Assembly: GCA_040081625.1 (NCBI GenBank)
Contig: JBEBGD010000002.1
Coordinates: 106,709 to 170,708, forward strand
Source of the DNA: Chthoniobacteraceae bacterium
GTDB lineage: Bacteria > Verrucomicrobiota > Verrucomicrobiia > Chthoniobacterales > Chthoniobacteraceae
Length of the DNA: 64,000 nucleotides
Direction of reading: 5' to 3'
Shown here: positions 41,014 to 49,532 of the stretch, one piece after another
How positions within the stretch are numbered: the stretch's first letter is position 1
How the letters are laid out: each line of letters starts with the position of its first letter
Made by a program: the position numbers and the translations under genes
The notes under the pieces: model-generated
What the model saw: the letters and a program-made list of their open reading frames with translations, nothing else
Told to the model about the DNA's origin: nothing
Databases searched by the model: none

Positions 41014-41048
41014 CTCGAAACCCGAAACCCAAGACCCGAAACTCGAAA
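41014..41048 (+). repeat. Five tandem degenerate heptamers (CTCGAAA/CCCGAAA/CCCAAGA)
   Basis: Read directly; ends 7 bp upstream of the esterase ATG. Confidence 0.8.
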
Positions 41049-41055
41049 CATTCCC

Positions 41056-42165
41056 ATGCCGCGCCTCGACTTCGAAATCACCATCCCTCCCGACCCGGCC
41101 CGGCAGCACGTCGTCATCACCGGCACCGGCCCCGCGCTCGGCGACTGGCAGCCGGAAAAAGGCGTCGCGCTCCAGCTCTTCGCCGATGGCAAATTCCGCG
41201 GCGGCTGCGACCTGCCGCACGGCCTCGTCGAATTCAAGATCACCCGCGGCACATGGGAGACCGAGGAGACCTACGCCGACGGCACCGCCGTGCTGAACTA
41301 CCAATACCTCGTCGCCCACGACCTCACCGCCGTCGAGGAAGTCGAGAACTGGAGCGACTGCCCGCCCATCGAGCACGAACACCTCTGGGGCAAAGCCATC
41401 GAGTGCGAACTCCACGCCACCCAGCTCGGCGAGACCCGCCGCGTCTTTGTCTGGCTGCCGCCCGGCTACCTGCGCAGCGCCGACTCCCGCCACCCCGTGC
41501 TCTACCTGCTCGACGGCCAGGACGCCCTGCTCGCCCTCTCCTCGCCGGAAAACGAAACGCTCGAAGCCGACGAATGGGTCGTCCGACTCAGCCGCGAAAA
41601 CCTGATCCCCGAGCTCATCCTCGTCGCCGTCTGCCACAGCGAACGCTTCGGCCGCCGCGACACCGAGCTCAGCCCGCAGATCGACGGCCCGAAGATGGCC
41701 GACTTCCTCGCCACCGACCTCAAGCACTTCATCGACTACACGCTCTGCCGCGACCGCGTCCTGTCCGGCCCCGGGCACACCGGCGTGCTCGGCTTCAGCC
41801 TCGGCGCCAGCCTCGCGCTCTACTGCGCCGTCCGCCACGCGCACACCTTCGGCCGCATCGCCTGCCTCTCGACCGACTTCGAGGACCTCAGCCTCGACCC
41901 GCCCGAGGACTGCGCGCTCATCCGCCTCGTCGAGCACGAGCGCCACTTCACGCCCGGCCACACGCGGCTCTACTTCGACCACGGCACCATCGGCACCGAC
42001 CGCGTAGTCGCCCGGCACCAGCAGCGGCTCGACGCCGTGTTGAAAGCGAAAGGCTTCCGCGAAGGCCACGACTGCAAGACGCTCATCGCCGAAGGCGCCG
42101 AGCATCACCTCAGCGCCTGGCGCGCACGGCTCGGCGCGCCGCTGCTGTTCTTGTTTGGGAAGTGA
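41056..42165 (+). CDS. CBM20-like N-terminal domain + alpha/beta-hydrolase (putative esterase family)
   Basis: ITGTGPALGDW...EFKITRGTWE; VWLPPGY...PVLYLLDGQ; GFSLG nucleophile elbow; GAEHH. Confidence 0.85.
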   Translation: MPRLDFEITIPPDPARQHVVITGTGPALGDWQPEKGVALQLFADGKFRGGCDLPHGLVEFKITRGTWETEETYADGTAVLNYQYLVAHDLTAVEEVENWSDCPPIEHEHLWGKAIECELHATQLGETRRVFVWLPPGYLRSADSRHPVLYLLDGQDALLALSSPENETLEADEWVVRLSRENLIPELILVAVCHSERFGRRDTELSPQIDGPKMADFLATDLKHFIDYTLCRDRVLSGPGHTGVLGFSLGASLALYCAVRHAHTFGRIACLSTDFEDLSLDPPEDCALIRLVEHERHFTPGHTRLYFDHGTIGTDRVVARHQQRLDAVLKAKGFREGHDCKTLIAEGAEHHLSAWRARLGAPLLFLFGK

Positions 42166-42166
42166 G
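42132..42166 (+). repeat. 35-bp direct repeat, copy 1 (3' end of the esterase gene)
   Basis: CGGCGCGCCGCTGCTGTTCTTGTTTGGGAAGTGAG; 34/35 identical to 42778-42812. Confidence 0.9.
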
Positions 42167-42227
42167 CGGTGTCGTGCCGCGCCGATCGATTCTTTACGAC
42201 CGCTCAAGGGCGGCATAACCTCCGCCC

Positions 42228-42446
42228 ATGCTCGATTGGTCCGAATGCAAATCCGTCGAACGCGTTCCGGGACGCGTGAGTGGCGCGTGGGTCTTTCGCG
42301 GCACCCGCCTGCCGGTTCGCACGCTCTTCGAGAACATCGAGGCCGGCGCGACCGTGGACGAGTTCCTCACGTGGTATGAAGGCATCACGCGCGAGCAGGT
42401 GCTAGACGTGCTGCACCACGCCGGGCGCAGCCTCGCCGCGGCTTGA
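42228..42446 (+). CDS. DUF433-family antitoxin
   Basis: PGRVSGAWVFRGTRLPV...GATVDEFL...YEGITREQV. Confidence 0.88.
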   Translation: MLDWSECKSVERVPGRVSGAWVFRGTRLPVRTLFENIEAGATVDEFLTWYEGITREQVLDVLHHAGRSLAAA

Positions 42447-42766
42447 TGCGAATCCTCTTCGATCAAGGCGCACCGGTCCCGCTGCGGCAGTGGTTGAGCG
42501 CGCACGAAGTCGAAACCGCCTGGCAGCGCGGCTGGTCGGAACTCTCCAACGGGGACCTCCTCGCCGCAGCCGAAGCCGCCGACTTCGATCTCCTGATCAC
42601 CACGGATCGAAACCTCCGCTACCAACAGGACCTATCCGCCCGGCGCATCGCCATTCTCGTGCTGATGATCGCGAACTGGCCGAGGCTCGAACCTCGCGCG
42701 ACGGAGGTCGCAGCCGTCGTCGATTCGATCCGCCCCGGCGAATATCACGAGTGGGCGAGTGCTTGA
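42446..42766 (+). CDS. DUF5615/Mut7-C-like PIN-domain toxin
   Basis: MRILFDQG, GWSELSNGDLL, LLITTDRNL; follows the DUF433 gene with TGATG overlap. Confidence 0.85.
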   Translation: MRILFDQGAPVPLRQWLSAHEVETAWQRGWSELSNGDLLAAAEAADFDLLITTDRNLRYQQDLSARRIAILVLMIANWPRLEPRATEVAAVVDSIRPGEYHEWASA

Positions 42767-42777
42767 GGCGCCCGGCC

Positions 42778-42812
42778 CGGCGCGCCGCTGCTGTTTTTGT
42801 TTGGGAAGTGAG
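42778..42812 (+). repeat. 35-bp direct repeat, copy 2
   Basis: CGGCGCGCCGCTGCTGTTTTTGTTTGGGAAGTGAG directly after the TA pair. Confidence 0.9.
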
Positions 42813-42820
42813 GGTCGCTA

Positions 42821-42848
42821 AGAAATACTACTCACACGTAGTGTTTCT
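42821..42848. repeat. Putative left att site: AGAAATACTAC-TCACAC-GTAGTGTTTCT
   Basis: Core TACTCACACGTA at 42829-42840; 11-bp arms inverted (10/11) around a 6-bp spacer. Confidence 0.8.
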
Positions 42849-42903
42849 ACTTCTGGACTGTGCCAAAAAATCGTGGCGGAGTGTGACACGGGCGGCGGGT
42901 TGT

Positions 42904-43335
42904 TCAAGCGGGAAGGTTGAATTCCAGAATGGCGGTTTTGAGCTGACCGATCCTCTTTTCCAACTTCGGAATCCAGACGTTGATGAAACTCGGATCTAGG
43001 CGCAGTCGGCCTTTGCGGATTTCGGAGCCGGCTAACCACGCCTGCGCCTCCGCGTTCTCGATCGCCCGCCTCAATACTTCGGGAAACGGCGTTTCCTTCA
43101 CCCTCGTCATCTCCGCATCGAGTTCCTTTTGCGCCCTGGCCTTGTGCGTTCGTGCCGCGGCGAGCTTGCGAGCCTCTGCGATCCATATCCGGCCGGCATC
43201 GTCGCGACTCAGCTTCCCCGATTGATACCACCGCCAGAGCGTTGTGCGATCGATGTTCAGCTCCCTCGCGGCGGTCGTGAACGTCACGCGGCGAGAGGCG
43301 CCAAAGCGCCCGCGGGACCGGTATTGCGTCTTCAT
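42904..43335 (-). CDS. HTH DNA-binding protein (regulator/excisionase-like) with helical C-terminus
   Basis: TFTTAARELNIDRTTLWRWYQSGKL HTH. Confidence 0.7.
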   Translation of the reverse strand: MKTQYRSRGRFGASRRVTFTTAARELNIDRTTLWRWYQSGKLSRDDAGRIWIAEARKLAAARTHKARAQKELDAEMTRVKETPFPEVLRRAIENAEAQAWLAGSEIRKGRLRLDPSFINVWIPKLEKRIGQLKTAILEFNLPA

Positions 43336-43484
43336 GTTGCAACTGATGTTGCATTCAGAGAATCGCCACCACAACTAAAAAAGCAATTTCGATCGACCGT
43401 TTTCAGAATTGCTCAGATTCGCTCTTTTCCTGCGGGCGGTTGCGCTACCGCCGCGAGGCGAGCGGTCCCTCCGCATGGGGTAGG

Positions 43485-43712
43485 ATGAAAACACTTACAG
43501 ACTCACTCAAGCTCGGCCTGCGACCCGATGAAGGCGCGCAGGCTGTTGGTTCAAAACAATTGTTCACCGAGATGGTCGCCGCGGGCTGGATCGCGCCCGT
43601 CGTGCAGCGGCACAAGCTGACGATATACGACCGCGGCGACGTGGCGAAGGCGTGGGCGCGAATCTTGGCCGGCGAGCAGCCGCCGTCGCTGAAAAGGGCC
43701 AAGGTCGCCTAA
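43485..43712 (+). CDS. Small AlpA/excisionase-like winged-HTH protein
   Basis: 75 aa, LRPDEGAQAVG...MVAAGWIAP...TIYDRGDV; divergent from 42904..43335. Confidence 0.6.
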   Translation: MKTLTDSLKLGLRPDEGAQAVGSKQLFTEMVAAGWIAPVVQRHKLTIYDRGDVAKAWARILAGEQPPSLKRAKVA

Positions 43713-43770
43713 AAACGTCGCGCGCCGCACCCCGCTTTTGAGGTTGGGGCACGGCGCGCTTTATCGCTCA

Positions 43771-45183
43771 ATGAGTATCTCGACGTCAAACTGTCCGCCC
43801 GGCCTGCGCGCGGCGGAGGCGCCGCTCTACTGGCTCAATGGCCGATATGTGACGCCGACGACCTCGAGCAACGGCGAGGAGGAACTCGCGCCAATGACTA
43901 CGGCGCGGATGGTCACATGGATCTCGCGTTTCATCACGTTCCTCGCGCCGCGGCGCGGGGAGATGGTCGGGCTCACCAAGAATTGCGCGGAGATCATCCT
44001 GGCATCGGATGCGCTGCGCGCTTCGGTGCCGATCATCGACAACGTGGAGGCGCTGATCCTGCCGGGGGTGGAGATCGATGAGACGATGACTGCGCAGGAG
44101 GGGCTGGGGTGGCTGCGTAAGGCGGTGCTCGGGGAGTTCCCGTTCTGGCCCGAGGATAAGGAGCGCTCGGTGGCGGTGGTGGTGGCGGCGATGCTGACGG
44201 GGTTTGCTCAACTGCTGATCGCTGACAAGGCGCAGCGGCCGTGCTTCGTGGTGATGGCTAATGCGGAGCGCTCGGGGAAGACGCTGCTGGTGAGGATCAT
44301 GCTTTGCCCGGTGTTCGGTCGTGCGAAGGTGACGCCGCCGCCGTCTGGCGTGGATGATGCGGAGTTGCCGAAGAAGATCGCCTCTCTGGCGTTTGCTGGG
44401 GCGAGTTATGTGTTCCTGGACAACTGCAAGGGAAAGATCGGCGGCGGCCCGCTGGAGGCATTCATCACTTCCACGGTGATCAATGATCGCCTTCTAGGAA
44501 AGTCTGAGATGAAGGAGGCGGCGAACGATTTGCTCTACATGTTCACGGGGAACAACGCCGAGCTGACGCCTGACATGCGTGGGCGGTCGCTGGTGGTGGA
44601 GCTTTTCGTGGAAGAGGCGCAGCCGGAGTTGCGCGAGGTGCGCAACTGGCTGGACGAGAACCGGGTGCTGGCGATGCGGGCGCGAATTCTCTCTGTGCTG
44701 TGGGCAATCGTGCGCGAGTGGGCTGCCGGGGAGCGGCACAAGAGCGGGTGCTCGCACGGAACCTTCCAGGATTGGGCGGATGTGATTGGCTCCATGTGCG
44801 AGTGTGTGGGGCTGGTCTCCCCGGTGAAGCCTCCGCGCCTCCGTAAGCCGGTGGACGCGGACTTGGCAGCGTTCGATTCTCTGCTGCCGCTGGCGCTCGA
44901 GGACCGTGGGGATCGCCGGCTGATGGCGAGCGGGGAGCTGATGCAGTTCGCGCGTGAGCTGGGCGCGCTCAGCTTCCTACAGGAAGAGAAGCCAGAGGAC
45001 GACAAGGAGGCTCGATCCGAGCGGGCCGCGTGGGGTAAAAGAATCGAGCGGTTCATCGATCAGCGCTTCCCCAGCGGGTGCAAGATCGAATGGGATGATC
45101 ACACGTCGCGCACGAATCGCAGGCTCATAATCAGCCGGGTCGCCGATGTCAGCGTCCCGACCGTCCCGGAGGCAACAGAGTGA
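43771..45183 (+). CDS. SF3/AAA+ type replication helicase-like protein without an evident primase domain
   Basis: Walker A ANAERSGKT, Walker B YVFLDN, motif C MFTGNN, Arg-finger-like DMRGR; start uncertain (43738 or 43771). Confidence 0.75.
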   Translation: MSISTSNCPPGLRAAEAPLYWLNGRYVTPTTSSNGEEELAPMTTARMVTWISRFITFLAPRRGEMVGLTKNCAEIILASDALRASVPIIDNVEALILPGVEIDETMTAQEGLGWLRKAVLGEFPFWPEDKERSVAVVVAAMLTGFAQLLIADKAQRPCFVVMANAERSGKTLLVRIMLCPVFGRAKVTPPPSGVDDAELPKKIASLAFAGASYVFLDNCKGKIGGGPLEAFITSTVINDRLLGKSEMKEAANDLLYMFTGNNAELTPDMRGRSLVVELFVEEAQPELREVRNWLDENRVLAMRARILSVLWAIVREWAAGERHKSGCSHGTFQDWADVIGSMCECVGLVSPVKPPRLRKPVDADLAAFDSLLPLALEDRGDRRLMASGELMQFARELGALSFLQEEKPEDDKEARSERAAWGKRIERFIDQRFPSGCKIEWDDHTSRTNRRLIISRVADVSVPTVPEATE

Positions 45184-45295
45184 GCAGGACGCTCAGGACG
45201 CTCAACTGCTACTTTGGGCCTTCACATCACGCCCGCACTGGCGCTCGCGCAAAGCACCGGCCCGCGCCTAGCGATCAGCGTCCCGAGCGTCCTGA
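45149..45295. repeat. Iteron-like doublets of the 9-bp unit AGCGTCC(C/T)G, putative origin
   Basis: Direct doublets at 45149-45168 and 45275-45295; inverted doublet at 45185-45203. Confidence 0.7.
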
Positions 45296-45451
45296 CAAGG
45301 AATCTTTTACCGCCACCTTTCCCTTCGGTTGTCTTGTCGGGCGGGGAATTTGCGAGCGGGGCGGCAAGGCGGATACGGTTACTCAGAGCCCCCTTGCGGC
45401 CACTTTTCGGAAACCTCGGAAACGTCGCATTTGACACCTCGCACTCGGCAG

Positions 45452-45712
45452 ATGCCACTCGCTGCTTTCGATCCAGCCCAAGACACTTTACTCAGCGCGA
45501 CGCGCACCGCGCTGGCGCTCGGGATCACCCAGGCCGAGCTCCTGCGCGCTGTCCACTCGGGCCGGATCGCACCTACCGCCCGCATCGGCAAGGTGCTCGC
45601 GTTCGCCTTCAGCCGTCTGCCTGAGCTGCGCGCCGCACTGGTCCAGCCGGCGCTCCCACTGCGGGACGCTGAGGGGAAGTCGCCGGAGTCCCGGCTGAGG
45701 GGGCGGGGGTAG
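45452..45712 (+). CDS. Small MerR/AlpA-like HTH protein
   Basis: LLSATRTALALGITQAELLRAVHSGRIAP...AF. Confidence 0.6.
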   Translation: MPLAAFDPAQDTLLSATRTALALGITQAELLRAVHSGRIAPTARIGKVLAFAFSRLPELRAALVQPALPLRDAEGKSPESRLRGRG

Positions 45713-45997
45713 ATGACGGGCGATCACTATTTCATGGTCGTCGCCGCCATTGAGCGAAGCGGTCGCAAACTTCGTTACCGCGAAAAATTTGCCGCTGTGG
45801 AGCTCGGGATGGGCTGGCTCGCTTCGGGCGAGCTCTTCCTTGCCAGCCTTGAACGCTTGGGATTCCACGACGATGAGCTCGAGGAATTGCAACGCCGGCT
45901 GATCGTCGCGCGGACACTGCCTCCGGCGCAACTCCATAGCTACTGCCGCGGCCCGCTACTCCGCGCCCGGCGCAGCATCCGCGAAAGCCGTCCATGA
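45713..45997 (+). CDS. Hypothetical protein (94 aa)
   Basis: Abuts the upstream stop; ATGA overlap with the next gene. Confidence 0.5.
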   Translation: MTGDHYFMVVAAIERSGRKLRYREKFAAVELGMGWLASGELFLASLERLGFHDDELEELQRRLIVARTLPPAQLHSYCRGPLLRARRSIRESRP

Positions 45998-46590
45998 ATA
46001 CACCCGCCGCACCTCCACCCTCGCCTTGTCTCGCCCTCTCCGCGCTCGCGCGAAAACTCGAACGTGCCGAAAAGACGCTCGACGCTGCCGAGAACTCTTT
46101 TTGTGAAACCTCGCGCCAGCTCGTCGCCGCCTGCCGCGCGGAGATCAACCGCCCGCCGCCCGGGCTCGGCACGAACCGCAGCGCGGCCAAGGGCATCGCG
46201 ATCGGCTCGCGCCTCGCCGAGCGCGAGCTCCTGATGCGGGCGCGTCTCTCCCGCGCCGAGGAGCGCGATCATGAAGTCGCCGCCACCCTCGCCCGTAATC
46301 GCGCCGCGCTCACCGCGGCCGCGGCCGCGTTCGATGAGATCGTCGAGCCATCTATGGAAAAGCTTCGGCTTGCCCGCTTGCTGTCCTGCGCGCCTGCGCC
46401 TGGATCGAGCCCGCGCCTTCGCGCCGCACTCGCCGAGATGCTCGCGCAAGTCGATCGCGAGCCCGCCGGCTTCGCGCGCGCCGCGGCCTACTTCGATCGT
46501 GCCGACGCCATGACGAACCTCATCGGGCAAATGTCCGCCTTCAGCGGCGTCGTGACCGTCCCGCTCACCCAAACCCAACCAAAAAAGTAA
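45994..46590 (+). CDS. Helical hypothetical protein; candidate tail assembly chaperone (gpG-like) ending in a slippery site
   Basis: 198 aa, Ala/Arg/Glu-rich; ends CCA AAA AAG TAA; chaperone call is positional only. Confidence 0.55.
   Translation: MNTPAAPPPSPCLALSALARKLERAEKTLDAAENSFCETSRQLVAACRAEINRPPPGLGTNRSAAKGIAIGSRLAERELLMRARLSRAEERDHEVAATLARNRAALTAAAAAFDEIVEPSMEKLRLARLLSCAPAPGSSPRLRAALAEMLAQVDREPAGFARAAAYFDRADAMTNLIGQMSAFSGVVTVPLTQTQPKK
46581..46587 (+). other. Putative -1 ribosomal frameshift heptamer A_AAA_AAG
   Basis: In-frame X_XXY_YYZ; a -1 slip reads AAA AAA GTA ACC ATG into ORF 46593. Confidence 0.5.
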
Positions 46591-46592
46591 CC

Positions 46593-47261
46593 ATGGAATT
46601 CAACTACATCGTCAATCACGGATACGTCGACATTCACGGCATCGCGCCGATGGAAAAAGGCAACCTTCTCACCAGGGAGCAGCGTGCTCAACTCGCCGGC
46701 GTGGCCGAGAAGCTCGACGCCGCTTGGAATGGTGTCTCCAACTCCTGTCCCCGGGCCTGCGCGACCCGCCTTGGCGAAGCCCGCGAGCGCGCCCTCGCCG
46801 AGCCGCGAAACACGGTCGCGTTGGAAGAATACCGGCGCCTGCTCGATGAGCGTCCGGAGCTGATCTCCGCCCGCCACGCACGCGCCCACGCCGCGTTCAA
46901 TGCGGGGGCGTTCAGGCTCGCCCCGCTGGCCGTCGTCGCGCTGCAAAACCTGAAGGCCGCGATCCTTCGGCGCGCCGAGAAAGTGCGCACGCTCTGGGCG
47001 TCCATCGCCGCCGAATTCCCTGGCAGCTTCGACGATCTCGCAATCAACGAGCACATCACCGGGCGAGTCGAGAATTCGATCAGGCAGGTCGATGAGCAGA
47101 TCTCCGCCCTGGCGAACCCCGCCGGGAACTGCGCGCACGTCGTCCTCGACGACCTGATGCAGATCAAGATCGCCACTGAGACGCGCCAGACCGCCGGCTC
47201 TGACTATCACGAGCCGCCGGTGCCCGTCGTCGATGGGGGCGCACTCGAGCTCGTTCGCTGA
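46593..47261 (+). CDS. Helical hypothetical protein; candidate gpT-like frameshift extension
   Basis: 222 aa in the -1 frame of the upstream ORF, directly before the tape-measure-like gene. Confidence 0.55.
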   Translation: MEFNYIVNHGYVDIHGIAPMEKGNLLTREQRAQLAGVAEKLDAAWNGVSNSCPRACATRLGEARERALAEPRNTVALEEYRRLLDERPELISARHARAHAAFNAGAFRLAPLAVVALQNLKAAILRRAEKVRTLWASIAAEFPGSFDDLAINEHITGRVENSIRQVDEQISALANPAGNCAHVVLDDLMQIKIATETRQTAGSDYHEPPVPVVDGGALELVR

Positions 47262-47378
47262 TTCCACCATTTCACTTTCCGGCGGCACTAGCATGACCGT
47301 CGGGGAAAACCACCAGCCGCTTGGTTCATTACCCCGCGGCGCGCCGGGTTGCGGTGAGCGCGCCACCTTTACATTTCC

Positions 47379-48659
47379 ATGAGCACAGTCTCCGTATCAC
47401 TCGGAATCAAGAACGCCGGCTTCAAGCGCGGCATCGACGAAGCCCGCGGGCAAATGCGCGGTTTGAAGCAGGAGGCAGAGCGCGGGGGCGGACTGTTCGG
47501 GAAGCTCGGCGCCGGCATCGCCTCGCTCGGCCTCGCCGCCGCGGCCCGCAATGCGATCTCATTCGCCGGCACGCTCAGCGACACCTCCGCGGCGCTCAAC
47601 CTCAACGTCGAGGAACTCCAGGGACTTCGCGCCGCCTTCGCCGATAGCGGCACGACTGGGCGCGCGTTCGACAAGTCGCTCGGCTCGCTGGTGCAAAAAA
47701 TCGCGGACGCCAAAGGCGGCAACGCCGCGGCGCTCGCCAGCTTCACCGCGCTCGGCGTGAGCCTCGACGATCTCAACTCGAAATCCACCGGCGCCGTGCT
47801 CCTGCAAATGAGCGACGGCTTCAAGAAAGCCAATGGAAGTGGCACCGCGTTCAGCGCCGTCGTGGATATTCTCGGCAAGGGCGGGCACACGATGGCCGCG
47901 GGTATGAGGGACGGCGCGGGCGGGGTGCGCGAACTCGCCGACGCCGCGGACAAGATGAGCATTGGCGCCGTCGCCGCGCTCGACGCGAGCGGCGATCAAT
48001 CCGACCGCATCGGGCGGAAGATCACCACCGGCATCGGGCACGCCATCACCGGCCTTGCCGTCGGCTGGGACACCTTGATTGAGAAGGCGAATCAAAGCCC
48101 GATGTGGAAGGGCTGGGTCGGCAAGCTTCCGAGCACCGGCACGAAAAAATCGATCGCTGCTGCGATCACTGCGGCCACCGCGCCAAAGCAGCACGTCGAG
48201 CCCGCCGCCGGCGCCGCCGCCGCCGCCGATCAGCGCGTTGAGCAGCAAGCCGCCGCCATTCACGAGGCGCGCGATGCGGCCACCGTGAAGATCGGCGATG
48301 ACAAGGCCCAAGCCGAGCGCGCGCGCATCGCCAAGATGGCCAATGCCGGCGCCTCGCGTGCCGATCTCCGCCGCGAGGCCTACCGGGTAGTCCAGGCCGA
48401 TCGCAAGGGGGACCGCGCCTTCGAGCGCGACTTCATGAAGCGAGATATGATGGGGCGCGCCCAGACCGACGCCAACCGCGCCGCGTCCCGCCTGCGTGCC
48501 GGCGCGGAACTCCAGCGCGTGAAGGATCTCGCCGATCCGGCCAAGCAGGCGGAGGCCGCGTTCGACAAGGCGATCGCGAAGCTCGGCAAGCCGGGCGTGC
48601 TCGACACGGCCGTCGAGAAACTCGGCGCTATCGAGCACAAAGTGCAATCCAGCCATTGA
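47379..48659 (+). CDS. Short phage tail tape-measure-like protein (426 aa)
   Basis: TMP-type N-terminus (VSLGIKNAGFKRGIDEA), Gly/Ala hydrophobic stretch, LSDTSAALNLNVEELQGL...AALASFTALGVSLDDL...ILGKGG pattern, helical composition. Confidence 0.75.
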   Translation: MSTVSVSLGIKNAGFKRGIDEARGQMRGLKQEAERGGGLFGKLGAGIASLGLAAAARNAISFAGTLSDTSAALNLNVEELQGLRAAFADSGTTGRAFDKSLGSLVQKIADAKGGNAAALASFTALGVSLDDLNSKSTGAVLLQMSDGFKKANGSGTAFSAVVDILGKGGHTMAAGMRDGAGGVRELADAADKMSIGAVAALDASGDQSDRIGRKITTGIGHAITGLAVGWDTLIEKANQSPMWKGWVGKLPSTGTKKSIAAAITAATAPKQHVEPAAGAAAAADQRVEQQAAAIHEARDAATVKIGDDKAQAERARIAKMANAGASRADLRREAYRVVQADRKGDRAFERDFMKRDMMGRAQTDANRAASRLRAGAELQRVKDLADPAKQAEAAFDKAIAKLGKPGVLDTAVEKLGAIEHKVQSSH

Positions 48660-48666
48660 CCGTGCG

Positions 48667-48897
48667 ATGAGCCGCCCACGCAGCTCAGTCGCCGCGGCTT
48701 TGTCAACCACGGTTGACAAGGCCGCGCCCGTGAATGCTCACGCACCGCAGACGAATCGAGCTGGCAAGCGCGGTGTGTGGTTCACTGGTCGCGCGTGCGC
48801 GGAGTGTTTCGGCGAATGCGAGACAGACGGCTCAGGAATCGAATGGTGCGCGACCTCGCCCGCGCACTACTGGCGCACCGTCGAGCCGGCGGAGTAG
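48667..48897 (+). CDS. Small Cys/His protein, possible Zn ribbon
   Basis: CAECFGEC...WCATSPAH, 76 aa; start uncertain. Confidence 0.4.
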   Translation: MSRPRSSVAAALSTTVDKAAPVNAHAPQTNRAGKRGVWFTGRACAECFGECETDGSGIEWCATSPAHYWRTVEPAE

Positions 48898-48971
48898 ATG
48901 CCAATCGAGACGGACACGCCCGGCAGGACAACGAAAAAACCCGCCGGGCGCGCCGTTATCTGTCTGGTGAA

Positions 48972-49295
48972 TCAGGCTGCGGCGGCCCGATAGGCTTCGA
49001 CCGCGCCGCGGGCGAATGCGTCTGCATCCAAGCCCGAGCAATGCTCGCGGAGGTTGTCGAGAATCCCGCTCCAGATGACCTGTGCGTGCGGCCCGCGATC
49101 CTGCTCAGCCTTGGCCAAAAAACTGAGTTGGCCGATGTCCGCCATTTCCGCCCACTCCCTGCCGCGCGCACGGCTGGCCTCACTTAACTTTCTTCGCTCC
49201 TCCGCCGATTCGATTGCTCCTGCGCGATTTTTCTCTGCATTGGCGGCTGCGTGCGCGCGGATGCGCCGCGCCAACATTTCATTCGATTGGTTCAT
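48972..49295 (-). CDS. Hypothetical protein (107 aa)
   Basis: MNQSNEMLARR... after an A/C-rich leader; helical. Confidence 0.55.
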   Translation of the reverse strand: MNQSNEMLARRIRAHAAANAEKNRAGAIESAEERRKLSEASRARGREWAEMADIGQLSFLAKAEQDRGPHAQVIWSGILDNLREHCSGLDADAFARGAVEAYRAAAA

Positions 49296-49532
49296 AGCTC
49301 TGTTTGGTTTTTGAATACACCCCTTCCGAGGTGCCAGAGTCCGCGCCATGAATCTTTGTGAGGTTCGACCTGGTGGCGATTTCCTCACGCGTTCCGCACT
49401 CACGGGACGCACTCTCGCTGAGAGCGTGCGGAGAATACGCGATGGGGATTTGATTGCAACCCGTTTTTTTCATCGCGAAAACAGCCGGCGCCCCCTCTCG
49501 AGAGCGCCGGCCCGGTTACGTGTCGCCGCGAT

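Noticed and set aside
42821..42848. 11-6-11 palindrome as a chromosomal dif (XerCD) site
   Set aside because: The geometry fits but the arms do not resemble the XerD arm TTATGTTAAAT; the element's own integrase explains it better. A divergent lineage-specific dif is not fully excluded
48917..48950. CGCCCGGC...GCCGGGCG inverted repeat as a terminator between convergent element genes
   Set aside because: The A-run lies inside the loop rather than after the stem, so it is not a canonical intrinsic terminator
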